NCBI GenBank assembly: GCA_013239625.1
Contig: MU054187.1
Location: 24,306,433 to 24,370,432 of the forward strand
Direction of reading: 5' to 3'
Source of the DNA: Lama guanicoe
Lineage: Eukaryota
Length of the DNA: 64,000 nt
Shown: piece by piece, positions 1 to 12,680 of the stretch
Layout: the number at the start of each line of letters is the position of its first letter
Position numbering within the stretch: position 1 is the stretch's first letter
Notes under the pieces: model-generated
What the model saw: only the letters and a program-made list of their open reading frames with translations
Database searches by the model: none
Told to the model about the DNA's origin: nothing
Program-made: the position numbers and the translations under genes

Positions 1-555
1 TCTTTGTGTATTAATCTTTTTTTTCATTTTCTTATCAGTGTTTTATAATATTTTGACATCTTAAAAAATGTTCAGACTAGAGAGTGGCTACCCTTTCTAG
101 GACTAACCAATTCTTAGAGATAGTAAAGAGCTCAGCCAAGAGCAAGCCTCTGATAGGCAAATTTACCAATCCAGAGCCACACCTCTATCTGGACCGTGCA
201 CCCCAGGAGGCAGCACTCCTTCTGCCTTAATTCTTACAGGATGAGATACCAGGCAACTGGGGACCATCCTTATAGCTAAGATCCAGCTGTAATTATTCAA
301 ACTAGCCAATCCCAAACTGCTTACCTGGCCCTGCCTTGTCTTTCCCACCAAAACCTCAATAAATATTCTGGCTTAAGTCTGTCACTCACTCCTCCTCTGC
401 ATCCTGATTAAAATGTGGTGTACTTCCTATTTTCAGCTGTGCCTCTTAACTCTAGGGGGAATTATGAGTGATATTAAACTTTTCTTTCAGTGGCACTGAC
501 CTCTCCATGCCTTCACTCAGCCACCCTTATAAATTAAGACGTAGGCACAGAACAC
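1..555 (+). mobile_element. ERVL-class solo LTR, MER74-like
   Basis: Contains ctaaccaattcttagagatagtaaa...accaatccagagccacacc and ends ...ggcacagaaca, matching my recollection of MER74-type LTRs. Confidence 0.65.
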
Positions 556-559
556 CTTG

Positions 560-2090
560 GAAGTCTGAATTAGCTCAAGAATCAGAATTGACTCTCTATT
601 TTGTTGATCCAAGTCAAATTTCTGTTCACCAGACTTGGAGGTTTTCCATTTCTACAAATCAAGTAAGACTCTAGCAAAGTACTCCTGTATTTCAATCCTT
701 GAGAAACCATAAGCAACTAGTTAAAGACAAAGTTCTTTACGGGTGAAATCATCTGGATTCCTGCTTCAGATATGCTAGTCATGGTCGTAATTCTGCCCAC
801 ACCTTCTCAGTTCAGTCGCACCACTGGCTCCTGGCACTTTGAAATCCCATCACTCCTATTGAATTCACGGGCTCTCTTTTGTTGACAGCGCTTCCTACTG
901 TCATTCACGGCCTGCAGAGAACAGTCACGACAGAACTTTCCAACCGTGGCAGTAGTCCCTTCACCATTGTATTTCTGAAAGCCTTGATAAAGAAAATGTT
1001 CTTCACACATATGTATGGGTGGATGAGCAGGTCTTAAAAGATAAACCTACCACTACATTCAAATATCCCTAAGCCTTTGGATATAGCCCTCTATAGTATA
1101 TCAAGGGAGTTTTGGCAACTCAGCATCATTTTAGCCAAATTTAGAACTGCTTACCATACACTTAAAACACACTGAATACAGATTTTTTGTTTAGTGAGAC
1201 AATTTTAATACATTCAAACTGGTCAACATTCTCCTGCCTGATATAACATCCTTTGGATCCACTTCCAAGCATATTCCCTAAGTTTCTATTAATAACTTAT
1301 ATAAATATAGTTATTTTGGTGTGTGCAGTGCTTCTTTCAGGTCATAATTTTTATCTGACCCACAGGAACATACCAGAATCTGAGTCTTGTCATAGATCTA
1401 GAAGCAAGGGGAGGTAGTAAGGTATGTCAGAGGGATCAACATTCCTCTGCAAATCAAATCCCTCAGGCTGGGAATATTAAATTCTTCAGGCAAGGGGAGA
1501 CTAAATTTGTCAGACTTTGGGGAAATGCTTCTCTACTGGCTAATGAAGCTCAATAAAATGTAAACGTTGAAGTCCCTCTGCATTATCAGAATCAGCCCAT
1601 GTGTCTTCATCCCAATTTTCATCACCCTAATCCTTCCCAATCAATGCTTTAATTCATAAGAAGTCCTTGAAGATTGGATTGAATTGTAATTCAGCTACTC
1701 TATAAGTTAAATTTTGAGTTTCATTTTAAGAAAATGTGTAGGAAATGTGGGTTTCCCTCAGAGCAGTCATAGAAGTGTTCTAATTTGTTACTCAGACCTT
1801 GATCCAAGAATTTACATCCCTGAGCTCATTTTTATTCTCCAAAGTTTACAATGCACTAAGAATCAACCAAGCAACACCATTGTATTCATTTTCATTAGAG
1901 CATTCTACAGCAACAGTTACTTGGTGATCCAGTCTTGTCATCTCTAGGTATTTGATCACAGGTGAAACCACAGGTGATAACTTAAGAAACTATTTGCCAC
2001 TACATGCCATGGGTTGCCTGTGTCCCCTTTGCTACTGGCAATAAGAATATCTTTAGTGTTCTGTTCTCCAGGAAACAAGTTGGTACCAAT
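560..2090 (-). mobile_element. ERV-L/MaLR internal region (leader plus decayed gag)
   Basis: Reverse complement is colinear with ERV-L gag landmarks: ggtacc start next to the LTR, gcattgattgggaagga, gcttctagatctatgacaagactc, gaatatgcttggaagtggat, tccaaaggcttaggga, agtgatgggatttcaaagtgccaggagccagtgg; many stops and frameshifts. Confidence 0.8.
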
Positions 2091-2600
2091 AAGTATAACA
2101 ATCAGGGTTCAATCATGAAAGTAGAATTTGTATGACTATTATTGAATAAAAGATTTATTTTCAAGAATAAAACTTTACTCAATTTTTACAGAAGCTGAAG
2201 AAATAACAGACAAAAAGAAGTTGGATAACCAGAGGAAGGTGCCTTTCTGAAACAATGAAGTGAATGGACAAATTTTAGATTTCCAAGGAATCCAGAAGAC
2301 CAAGTGTATCCAGCTGCCAGAATGGGGCCACAAGAAAAGGTGGTGGAACAAAAGATGGAAGGCTCTTGACTCTGAATTAATTTGTGAGTCTGAAGAGTAT
2401 CATTTGGAAATGTCTTCTGTGAAGAAGATATGGATGTAGACAGGGAGTTGAGACACATCTGCAACTCTCTTTCATTATTAGTGACAAAGAAGGAGCTCAT
2501 AATGGCTTCTGCTTCCTTCCACCTTCCAAATCTCACAAAAAATTTCTCCTTTAGCCTTCTCTAACTCAGAACCATATGAGGAAGAGAATTCTGGGGAAAT
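2091..2600 (-). mobile_element. Old ERVL-class LTR, probable 5' LTR of the adjacent gag remnant
   Basis: Abuts the internal-region start; begins tataacaatcagggttcaatcatgaaagtagaa, like reverse-strand ERVL LTR ends; right boundary uncertain. Confidence 0.5.
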
Positions 2601-2640
2601 AGAGTCAGAATCAAAATACCAAAGCATATTCTCCATCTTT

Positions 2641-2722
2641 CCTATTGGGTTTAAATCATGTGCCATTGGTATTAAATCATGGACCTATTGGTTTTTGAAT
2701 CATGTGCTAAATGGTATTGATG
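2641..2722. repeat. Degenerate ~21-22 bp minisatellite, about 4 units
   Basis: cctattgggtttaaatcatgtg / ccattggtattaaatcatgga / cctattggtttttgaatcatgtg / ctaaatggtattgatga. Confidence 0.75.
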
Positions 2723-2729
2723 ATTTTTT

Positions 2730-3285
2730 TTGTTTTGGTTGTAAGCAGCAGATATTGACTCCAACTAACTTTTGCAAGAAAAAAAAAAAGGAAAAAAAGC
2801 CTAATTGATATAATGGCATTGGGGTAGAAATGCTAGAGAAGAAGCTTAGTAGTAAAAGAGAAAACAACAGTGCAGAAGGTAACTACTGCCTCATCAGGAT
2901 TTCTTCTGTGAAAGAAATGTACAGTTTGGGGTTTTTGTTTGGTTTGGGGGGGTGTTTTCATTTTTGCTTGTTTGTTTGTTTGTTTTTCCAATCCTGAATA
3001 AGTATGCTCAAGATTCTCTTTGGAAAGAATGTTTCGTCTAAAGCCAAGCTTGGATCACATGATCACTTCTTGGTCTTCTTGAGGCAGACAGATTTGGCAG
3101 AAATATCCTTCCCAGGCCTCCAGGAAACTATTTTCCATAATGCGAGGGTGGTTTACCTTATTTTACAGTTTCATCCAGCTTGCTCCAAAGGTGGTGAAAT
3201 AATTCCCAAAAGGATATTCGAATAATGCTAGGAAGAAGGAATGGTTATGGGTCAACCATAAACTTCTCATGAACATCTATTATTA
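2730..3285 (-). mobile_element. Old MaLR LTR (MLT1-type), decayed
   Basis: tttggttgtaagcagcagatattgactccaactaac start and MLT1-like far end; includes T-rich expansions. Confidence 0.5.
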
Positions 3286-3320
3286 AGGGTTTTGTGTCTG
3301 TATCCAAGCCCAGTACAAAA

Positions 3321-3321
<1 letters not shown>

Positions 3322-3354
<33 letters not shown>
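3322..3354. repeat. Poly(A) tract, 33 nt
   Basis: Read directly from the sequence. Confidence 0.95.
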
Positions 3355-3355
<1 letters not shown>

Positions 3356-3614
3356 GACAAAAAAACACAGCACATGATCTACTAGCACTGCCTGTCATGG
3401 GTGCTGGAAATAATACTAGTAGTAAGCTTTGTCAAATATTTTTGACAACTGAAAGAATGTTATAGTGACTTGATAGAGAATTGTAAAATGCTTCCTCTGC
3501 CTGACTTTGAAGGCCTGTCATAATCTACATCGAGGCTTACTCTCATTACTCTAGTCTCACGTGTTCATTCCACCTGTGGTGAACCAGCTTTCTGTGGAGA
3601 AAGCAATCCTTCAG

Positions 3615-3720
3615 AGGTGGGCGCAACTGGGTTTGAATACTAGTTCCACTATATGACGGCTGTGTGAACCTTATAAGTTTACTTAAAATTTTTGACCGTG
3701 AGTGTCCTCAAACTATCCAC
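3615..3720 (+). mobile_element. MIR SINE fragment
   Basis: ctgggtttgaatactagttccact...gctgtgtgaaccttataagtttacttaa matches the MIR core. Confidence 0.65.
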
Positions 3721-4769
3721 CTCATAATCAGTGAGAGAAAAATTTAAAAACATAAAAATAAAGGTTTACAAGCAGGGCAACCTCAGAGTCAACTTGGTGT
3801 TTAATACAAAGGAAATATTCCATATACACTAAGTTCTTCTTTGCCCCTATAGTACCCTTTTCCTAAAAATCTCCTATTACTTTTACTAATCAAATCATGT
3901 ACCTTCATAATACAATTCAAATGTTATCCTTTCCTTGAAAATTTTCAACAACACAAAGGTTTAATCTCTATGTAACTTTCTATACATTATGTGGCATTTA
4001 TAATTTATAATTATATAGAACTTCTATATATTTTCTATATATATTTATATAAAGTTACATAATTTTTTAAGAGTATAGCATTCATTAAGGCATTTCATTA
4101 TCTCTTTATTTTTAAATTATTATTAGTTAATTGTTTTATGTGCTATACCATCTCCATTGTGAATCATGGCCATTGCAAATATCCAGAACCTTCATATCAT
4201 TCAACATTTGAGTGTCACCCACTATTCTCCAGGTACTGTCGTGGAAATTGGCAACACAAAGATAAAGACACAATTGGTGCCTACAAGACACTCATAGCAT
4301 ATTGAGGAAGGTAATTATAATGTGCTGAATAATTCGGTATTATAGAGTCATGTGTGCACAAGAAATTAGGGGAGCAAACAGGACAATTGATCCAGATTAC
4401 ATTAAGAGTGGTGGGAGGGAACGTTCTCAAGGAAAGATTAAGTGTAACTAAATTTTGAAGAAGGTATTGGGTTTTGCTAGGCAAGTAGCAAAAATCAATA
4501 AATATTAAAGAACTTACAAAAGAAGAGAAAGAAAGGGTACTGTTGGAAAAAAAAAACAGCAAATAATTCAATATGACTGGACAATAGACTGAGAAAGAGA
4601 AAGAATACAAAATGAAATTGGAGAGGCCAACCAAGGCATAAAAGGCCTCCTAGATCACACAGAGGATTAAGACTTTATCTGAGACCCAGTAGAGAAACAT
4701 TGAAGAAATCCAGGCAGGAAGGGTTGTAATACATATCAACAAGAACAAAAAGAATAATAACCATGATAA

Positions 4770-5000
4770 AAATAGCAACGAAATATTGGCCACTATTTAT
4801 TTGCAAAGTACTGTGCTAAATAGATAGCTCATTTTACTCTCAAGTCAATGCACTAATAAAGGCTTTGCAGTCCCAGTTTATCAATGAGGAAACTGAGGCT
4901 TAGAGAGGTTAAATAACCTGCCCCAAATTACCGCTAGTAAGAATTGAAACTGGTTATAAATCCAGATCTATCTTATTCAAGAACCCAAGATCTTAACTAC
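4770..5000 (-). mobile_element. MIR SINE
   Basis: atgaggaaactgaggcttagagaggttaaataacctgccccaa core. Confidence 0.85.
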
Positions 5001-6699
5001 AATGGTCAGACTTATGTTTTAGGAAGACTATTTTGGCAGCAGTGTGGTGCCTGATTGCAGGAGGCCAAGTCTTGAGGCAAACACTCCATTTGGAAGACTG
5101 TTGCACAAATACAGTCTCAAAGGTTAAGAGCCCATTTTCAGAGGAGTTAGCACAGGTAGGGAGAAAGAGATGGATTTGAGAAATTTGAGGGAGACTTAGC
5201 AGGCAAGGGTTGGTAATTGGTTGGATGCGGGAGATGAACAGAAGAAATCAAGGGTGATAACCGGGTAACTGGGTTCTTGGTTGTGTCATCAATATAAGAT
5301 GTGTGGGATGGAATAATTGGGAGAGGAGAAAATCAGTGATGAGATTGTGATACTTAATAGAAGATTCATATGGAACTGGCTATCTAGAGAGAGATTTGAG
5401 CGCCTCAGCTAAGGGTTGTAAACATAGCCATGGAGGTAGTGAAAAAAAAGGAACTGAGCCAGGGACAATCTATAGTGCAAATAAAATAGTAAGATGAGAC
5501 TATAAAGCTGGAAACATCAATATTTGAGTGTATTTTGAGTAAAAGATGGAGATTTAGAAAGATTATTGAGAAGAGAATCCCATAGGATAATGCACGCAAC
5601 CAGAATATGTTTTTAAAAGGAGTTGTAAATAATTTGTAAAGTTGTAAAGAATGACAAAAGCCACAGAGAATATCTTGTTAGTTATGCATGGAAAATTTTG
5701 GGGCAATTATATATTATTTCTTCTAAGTTACTCTACTTTATTTTTTTTAAATCTATTTTAAAATCACAAATTGTATATTCCATTACATATATATACTGCA
5801 TCTTCATTATCTATTCAACTATTGATGTGCACTTAGGATGCTTCCATATCTTGGCAATTATAAATAATATTGCTGCTAAAATTTTTTTAAAAAATCACAG
5901 AACAAAATGCATCACATAAAATTTAGCAACAAGATCATTGGTGATCATATAAAAGCATGTTCACTGGAGTGCACTGAAGAGACAAAGGCATACTGAAATT
6001 CATGGATAAAATGAAAAAAGCAAAAGTAGATTTCTTTTCCAAAATGAATACCTAGGAAGAAAGAGGCAGGGGAAGAGATGGTTAAGCTCATCTAAAGTGC
6101 AGGAAGAGAGAGTTTTGTGCTTAAGATGGAAAATACTTGACCACGCTCTTATTGTTAAATAATAAAAAAGCCGTCAAGTACAAAAATCAAAGCTGAGTTA
6201 TCTACCACTTTCCAGTGAAGGGAGAGAAACCTCACTTAAGAAACATATTTCAATGAGTCCTTTCTAACTGAAAGTGGAAGGGCCGCCTAAAAGGGTAGAG
6301 GAGGAGTTTGTTTGACATTTGGAGGAATTCTAAGAATGAGGAGAACATTATAAAGTCTCCCTTGGGGTTTGATCATGCTCTGTTTTATGTCACAAAAGTG
6401 TGGGCACAGAAGAAAGGCTGTATCAAGCTCAGAGTCCAATAGGGACACTTTCCTGCAAGCATGCTTATACTTGGGAAACTGTCTTTTAACACTATGCTGA
6501 GGGGACAAAGTATATTTGAAGAGGTAGAAGGTATAACAGAAAGACAGAATCACTAATGGAGTCAGGTCCTGGCCAGACACGTTAGTGGATTGCACAGGAA
6601 GTTGAAATTTTTTCTACCTCCATTTTCTTTGTGAAGTAAGAAATTAGACTTTTTATTGAAAGTAGGGAAAATGCAGTCAAAAAGAAGGCCTGATAAGAC

Positions 6700-6810
6700 T
6701 AGAGTGACCCACTTGTTCTAATTGGCCTGAGACTTGTCTGGTTTTTAGTACTGAAAGTTCGCGTCCTAGAACCCCACAGTTTTTGGTAAACCAGGACCTT
6801 GGCTCCCCTA
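6700..6810. mobile_element. MER81-like hAT-Blackjack MITE
   Basis: tagagtgacc...tagtactgaaagttcgcgtcc...ggctcccta with imperfect terminal inverted repeats. Confidence 0.7.
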
Positions 6811-6959
6811 GATAAGACTGGAATTAGCTATGGCTGTTGAGGAGAATGAAAAGATAATTATAAGATAAAATAATAAACAAACAAACGAACAAACAAATAA
6901 ATAGAATTTAATCCAGACTACAGATCAAGAATTCATAACAATTACAATGTTATCTTAGA

Positions 6960-7145
6960 AGTATTTGATTTATTATTCTGGGTGCTATGTGGAAACTAAG
7001 TGCACAGAAATAAAGAATCCGGTATTTATCAGGATTTGCTAATGACCGTAGAGACACAAGTCTGTTAAGGCAAGTTGGAGAGTGAGTATGAAGGAATCTG
7101 TGACTCAGGGCCACATCCCATACCTCTGGAAGCTTTCTCAGACCT
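6960..7145 (-). repeat. Left arm of a 186-bp inverted duplication (partner 9142-9327)
   Basis: Reverse complement aligns without gaps to 9142-9327, 28 mismatches by hand count. Confidence 0.95.
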
Positions 7146-8934
7146 CTAATGCCATGTTTTCTCTTAAATTTCAATTTAAGTTCTCCAAAATGATATATCA
7201 TATATTTCTTCTTTTGATAGGAAGCAACTCCAGGTGAGACAAGTTTTAAAGACTTATATACTATTGTGTTATTGCCAATAGAATATAAAAAGAAAGAAAA
7301 ATAAATCTTTGTTTTTAATTCTGGAGCAGAAAACCGGAAGGACATCTTAGCAGAGATGCATAACACGTCAAGGTATCTAAGTGCATCTGAGTCAAAACCG
7401 CTTGAGGCCATTGGGCATGGCTTTGAAACCTGGCTATGTGTGAACCATCTATGGAGCTTGTCAAGATTACAGTTGCCCAGGTGTATGCCAGACTTCCTGC
7501 CAGATTCCCTGTGGACTAAGCCCTAAAATCAATACTTGCAGCGGCTTCCCAGGGAGGTTCTGGTGCACCGCAAGCTTGGGCACCCAGAGATGGAGGGCAA
7601 GACGTGGAACCATGTGCAATCCCTGGAGGCTGCAGTAAGAGCTCTAAGAAAGTTTCCACTCCTAGAGAGTGTCCACTTACAAAAGAAAAATAAGTGAGAG
7701 CCATCCTTGACCCTAGGTGGAAATAGATATCTTTCTCCCTAATTCTTCTTTGACAGTGGGTTTTCATTTTCTCATACAAGGTTGATCAACACTGTTTTCA
7801 GTTTGCTCTTTTGGTGGCAAGAAATGGAGACTAATTCAATCTGCCTCAAGAAGACAAGAGTTGATTTTAGGAATATATGGAGACTAAACCTGGGACTAGA
7901 CAACGCTGGGGAACTAAATTCAAAGCATCTCTAGAGAAAAACCCCACAAGATTGCTCTCTCCAGGTATGTGTTTCTCTCTATAGAGAGAAAAAGCAGAGA
8001 TGCAGAACTATGTGGTATAAAACATGTTTCCCCTAAGTAGAACTTGGAAATAGGCCATTTTCATTACAACGGGGGGTGGGTAGTGGGGTAGAGTAAGAAT
8101 TTCTAGTGCAAATACCTATGGTGCTTTTTGTTAAGTATTTTTTAATAGTAGAAAACTGAGTAATGTTTGCTCCTATATCTTTATGCATTCTTGAAGACTG
8201 AATCCTGTTTATTGTTTTCCCTAAATTTTCATCAGATTCACTTCACTCCACATGCATCACTCTTGCTGGTACAATGAGAGTTCTTTTTAAAAAACCTTTA
8301 AAATTTTCCCATTCAAGAAACTACACCTAAGCAATTCAAACTTACTTGACTGTCTGAAGCATATGCTAGGTAGAGTGTAAAGTGTTTGGAGTTAGTTTTG
8401 TTTTCCATTTCTCCTAACCCCTTACCTACACAGCTGGGAGAAACACACTAGATACCTTCTTAGGATATTAGAAATGATAAGGGAGACCCGTGGAGATGAA
8501 TCAATCCACTGACTAATGGTTAAAGATGAATAGAATATAAACCAGGTCTTCTGCATCTCTAATGTTCCCCTATTCCAAAGTACATGGACTGAAAATTGAT
8601 TTGAGTAAACATCAAATTTATAAATAAGGCTTCAATAAAGTAATAGAATACTTTTAGATGAGAGGATAGCAGATTTTAATAAAATATTATTGATTCTAAT
8701 ACTCTTGAAACACATCTAAAAATAAATTGCTTTGTTTAGCATGATAAATGATTAAAAGTTACAAGCTCAAGTAATTGTATACTCTTCATGGATTAACATA
8801 CAGATTAATTTACTAGGCTGTACTTTAAACTGTTTCCTTTTAAGCTGTTGTTGCTTGGATCTGCTTACTCCTCCAGTTCTTTTGGCTCTAATATTATCTT
8901 CTCAGAAAACCGAGTAATATTGCCAAATTCAGCT

Positions 8935-9185
8935 TAAACACATTCTTTCAACAAATTATTACTCTGGTTCTATGAGTGAAAGGTGACAATGATGGATAGG
9001 TTTGTGCCCTCAAGGTACTCACTATCTGATGGGAAAACAAACACATAAACAGGAAATTATATTATAATGTGAAAAGTCTAATGCTGGATACCCCCTGGAT
9101 ATTATGAGTGCACCATAGAGGGGGCACTTGCCCCAACCTCCAGGTCAGAGGAAGCTTCCAGAGGTACGGGATGTGGACCTGAATC
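8935..9185 (-). mobile_element. L2 3' fragment
   Basis: cattctttcaacaaattatt...tgtgccctcaaggtactcactatctgatgggaaaac...ggtcagaggaagcttccagagg. Confidence 0.7.
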
Positions 9186-9327
9186 ACAGGCTCATTCATG
9201 CTCAGTCTCTAACCTGCCTTAACAGGCCTGTGTCTCTATGGTCATTAGCAAATCCTGGTAAATATCCAATTTTTTATTTCTGTGCATTTAGTTTCCACAT
9301 GGCAACCAGAGTAATAAGCCAGATCCT
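9142..9327 (+). repeat. Right arm of the 186-bp inverted duplication
   Basis: See left arm; ~85% identity, no indels. Confidence 0.95.
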
Positions 9328-9379
9328 GTTACATTTCTGTTTAATTCTTTCATGACTTACCATCACATTTCAAATTGCA

Positions 9380-9920
9380 ATCGACATCTTCCTGTAGCTG
9401 CTAAGTTCCTGTGTTGATCTGGCCCCCGTGTGGCTCCCCAGCCCCACAGCTGGTTCTGTTTTCTCCCTCCATACCTTCCAGTCTCACTGGCTTTCTTGCA
9501 GTTACTCAGAGACAAATTCTATATCCCTTCAGAGCTTTTCCACACGCTATTGTCTGTTTGGAACACTCTTTCTCTTCTCAACCTCTTCCTTCCTTCTCTG
9601 GCTACTTTTCGTCTTTCAAGTCTGAAGTTAAACATCTATTCTTCAGAGATTCTTTGGTAATCTTTATCTGAAGTAGATCTCCTTTGTTATTTATTTTCCA
9701 TCTTCGGCTTTTGCTTACACCTTGGTGGCACCTATTACAAGTTGAAACAGTATGTTGACGGCATCCTTATTTACTGTTAACTGTCTGTCTCATCACCAGG
9801 TTTTGATTTGCTCCATAAAGGCACAGACCAAGTCTATTTTGTTCACTACACCTGCTACCTAGGGGAATATGGCCTTCTAACTAGGCTTTCTACAGCATTT
9901 GCTGCATGATTGGATGGGTG
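9380..9920 (+). mobile_element. L2 3' region
   Basis: ccagtctcactggctttcttgcagttactc...ctccataaaggcacagaccaagtctattttgttcact...atttgctgcatgattggatg. Confidence 0.7.
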
Positions 9921-11599
9921 CATGCACCCTTGATTTAGCAAACCAAGACCACCCACTATTTTTCAACTGACTTCACATTCATGCTCATATTTCTCATGAA
10001 CTCCCTCTACCCAGCCATTGACTATGCTGATAGTTGGGTACCATTTCAAAATTCCACTTTCTTCATGAATTCTTTCACTACTTTATCCAACATGGTTCAT
10101 TATTCTTACCTACAAAGACACATCAAGATTATTGCTTCTTTTAGGCCTAATGTTTGCATTATGTGTTTTTGTGTTTTGTGTTCTTTTCTATCTCTCTTAC
10201 TAGATCATAAATCTCTTAATGCCAGGAACCACGACCTGATCACCTTGAAATTGCCATAGCAGCAGGCTATGTTCATCCACGGTGATCACTCTATATTGTT
10301 GATGAGTGGATCAACTGAAAAAAAAAATTTTAACAAGTTAAAAAGAGAATATTTTTGAAAGTAAAAGTTAAAGTTGGAACCTGAATAATTTTCTAGAGTC
10401 ATTTATTGTGTGTCTTAAATGAGATTTTTACCACTTCTTATTTTTTGTATTCACTTTTAATGTTGGAATCTTGATCTCACTGTGTCCTTTCTCAGTAAAG
10501 CTGTCAAAGCCCAGCTGGGCTGGTCAGCAAGATGTTGGCATTGCTGTGACACCTTGTCAACAATGACAACCTCTGTACCTACCATTAAAAAAGAAAATTG
10601 GCATGTTATACAAAAAAGAGAACTATATCAAAAATAATATGAAGGGATTATTTTTAAGAGGTGTCTGTGCAGTATTTTGGAACAGCCCAAGGCTTAAGAC
10701 AGTATAAATTTCAATGACCACTTCCACATGATTTGCTTAGCCCAGTCACTAAACTCAAACCCGAGTTTCAATAATTAGATATGCTAAGAGATATTAGCGT
10801 TAGCTTTAAAAGAAGCCTCCAGAAGGACTTTAATTGAAGAGAACTGTAGCAATATGCATGTACACACATTTTCAGTACAATTCATCTACCACATACCTTA
10901 TAACATAAAATCCAATTTATACAACTTGGATTTCATGAAATAAACATGCTAGCCACAGTTACTTATAGCACAATGAATGCTGTTAAAGGTCTAAAATATG
11001 GCAGTGACCTTTACATTATCCTGTAGCACTACCCAGAAAAGGCAATTTATTTCATAGCCTATTGAATATAGAAGCCATTTTCAGATACATCTAGTTTGTG
11101 GTAAAATTGCAGAAAATCACATGTACAGCATGAGAGCTTTTCTTTTTTTTTTCCTGCTCTAGGGAAAACCAGCTAAATGCTTTCAAATTCTGTAAAATCT
11201 TTGCAATTTTGGAATCAATGGCTTCCTAAATGATCATAAGCTGTCGAATTTTTCAACCATATGTGATTAGTTCATGGTTAATATGTATTTATTGATGTCT
11301 GAGTTTAAAGAAATGCACACAAAAGTTGGTGGGACTTTTCAGGAGATAATGTATAAACAGGTGCAAGCATCCAGCAAAGATGGGCAGCTAAAAAAAAGGC
11401 AAAAAACTTGATAGTAGAAGATGAAAATAGGTTTACATTAATCCCAAGTAAAATTTTGCAGATATCTTAGCTCCAATGGCATAACTGTACTAGAGACAAA
11501 TTGCAATCTGTAAGACATTAAGTACATGCAGCTGCATAAGTATAAATGATAATTTCATCTTGATAGTTAACCCTTAGAAACTGAAAACATTAACAAATA

Positions 11600-12190
11600 T
11601 TGAGAAGGTGTATCTTTAATTAAAGGCATACAAAAGATTCTTAAGAACGCTTGTGGAAAAAAGACATTATTAATCAAAGATAAGCAAATTAAAATAACAA
11701 TAGATGACATTGTTACCTATCAAAATGGTAAAGATTAAAAAAATGTTGTCCTAAATGCAGCTGCAATGCACATGGTGGGACATATAAATTGGCACAAAAT
11801 TTCTGAGAAATTGTCTGGCAATTTGTATCAAGTTCCTTAGTAATACTATACCCTCAGAAGAGAGTCTTTTTTCAGAAATTTCTTCTTGGGAAATAATCTA
11901 AGATATAAAAATGGACATGTTATTAGCATTATTTGTAGCAAAAAAAAAAAAACCCAAAGAGATATATAGTTCTATATGCGTATCTAAATGGTTAAAGTAA
12001 GTTTGAAATATTAATTAATATTAAATAATTATTAGAAATATTTTACAAATGTTTAAAAATATGGGAAATAGCTATGAATCTTAAGAGGAAAAGCATGGAA
12101 GTCAATATTAAGTCTGTTATGAGATCTCCTCTGGGTGATGGAATTGTACTTGACCCTTACTTTCTCTTCTATACCTTTCTGTATTTTCTA
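11600..12190 (+). mobile_element. Ancient L1 (L1ME-like) 3' fragment
   Basis: ggtgggacatataaattggcacaaaatttctgag...ctggcaatttgtatcaa and tctctgggtgatggaattg. Confidence 0.6.
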
Positions 12191-12499
12191 TAAAATGACA
12201 TGTTCCATATCTATTCTGAGTGAGAAGGAAGACTTACTTGTAAAACATAAGACTCTATAGGAGATCTTCTTAGTCCTTACTGGTAATTGCAAAATGCTTC
12301 CAAGACAGTAGAACCTAGTTAGGAAACTGAAGTGTGGACACATAAGGGCACATTAAGTGTCAGTGTCCAACTTTTCGCCATAGTCTTTAAGTCCTCTGAA
12401 GTACAGTTGCTTAAATTACTATCTTACAGTTTTGAATCTTTCAGAAGACTGTATCCTTCTTTCAGAACAAAAAATTAAGAGTATCAACCAGTAATTACT

Positions 12500-12680
12500 G
12501 AATGCTAAATCATCTCCCTTCATTAGTTTATCCTCATAATCCTATTTTTACAGATAAGGAAACTGGAAGTCAAAAAGACTAAATAACACATGGTTACCAT
12601 TAATTAGTAACACATAGTTGTCAAGCAATAGAGCCAAAATTGGAACACAGGGAGTTAGACATTTCTTAACCATTAAAAAA
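12500..12680 (-). mobile_element. MIR fragment
   Basis: cctatttttacagataaggaaactgga core. Confidence 0.6.

Larger units (their letters stand above)
4195..7100 (-). mobile_element. Long fragmented L2 LINE, interrupted by MIR, an L1 piece and MER81
   Basis: Starts with the L2 3' end on the minus strand (tcattcaacatttgagtg) followed by typical L2 blocks (gactttatctgagacccagtagagaaacattgaag, gagatggatttgagaaat, tttagcaacaagatcattggtga); the part beyond ~6000 is weak. Confidence 0.55.

Noticed and set aside
6950..9355. ORFs 6950-7411 (-) and 9128-9355 (+) encode similar peptides, suggesting paralogous small proteins
   Set aside because: The similarity follows from the DNA-level inverted duplication; the sequence is L2-derived in part, many changes are non-synonymous and no protein family is recognisable.
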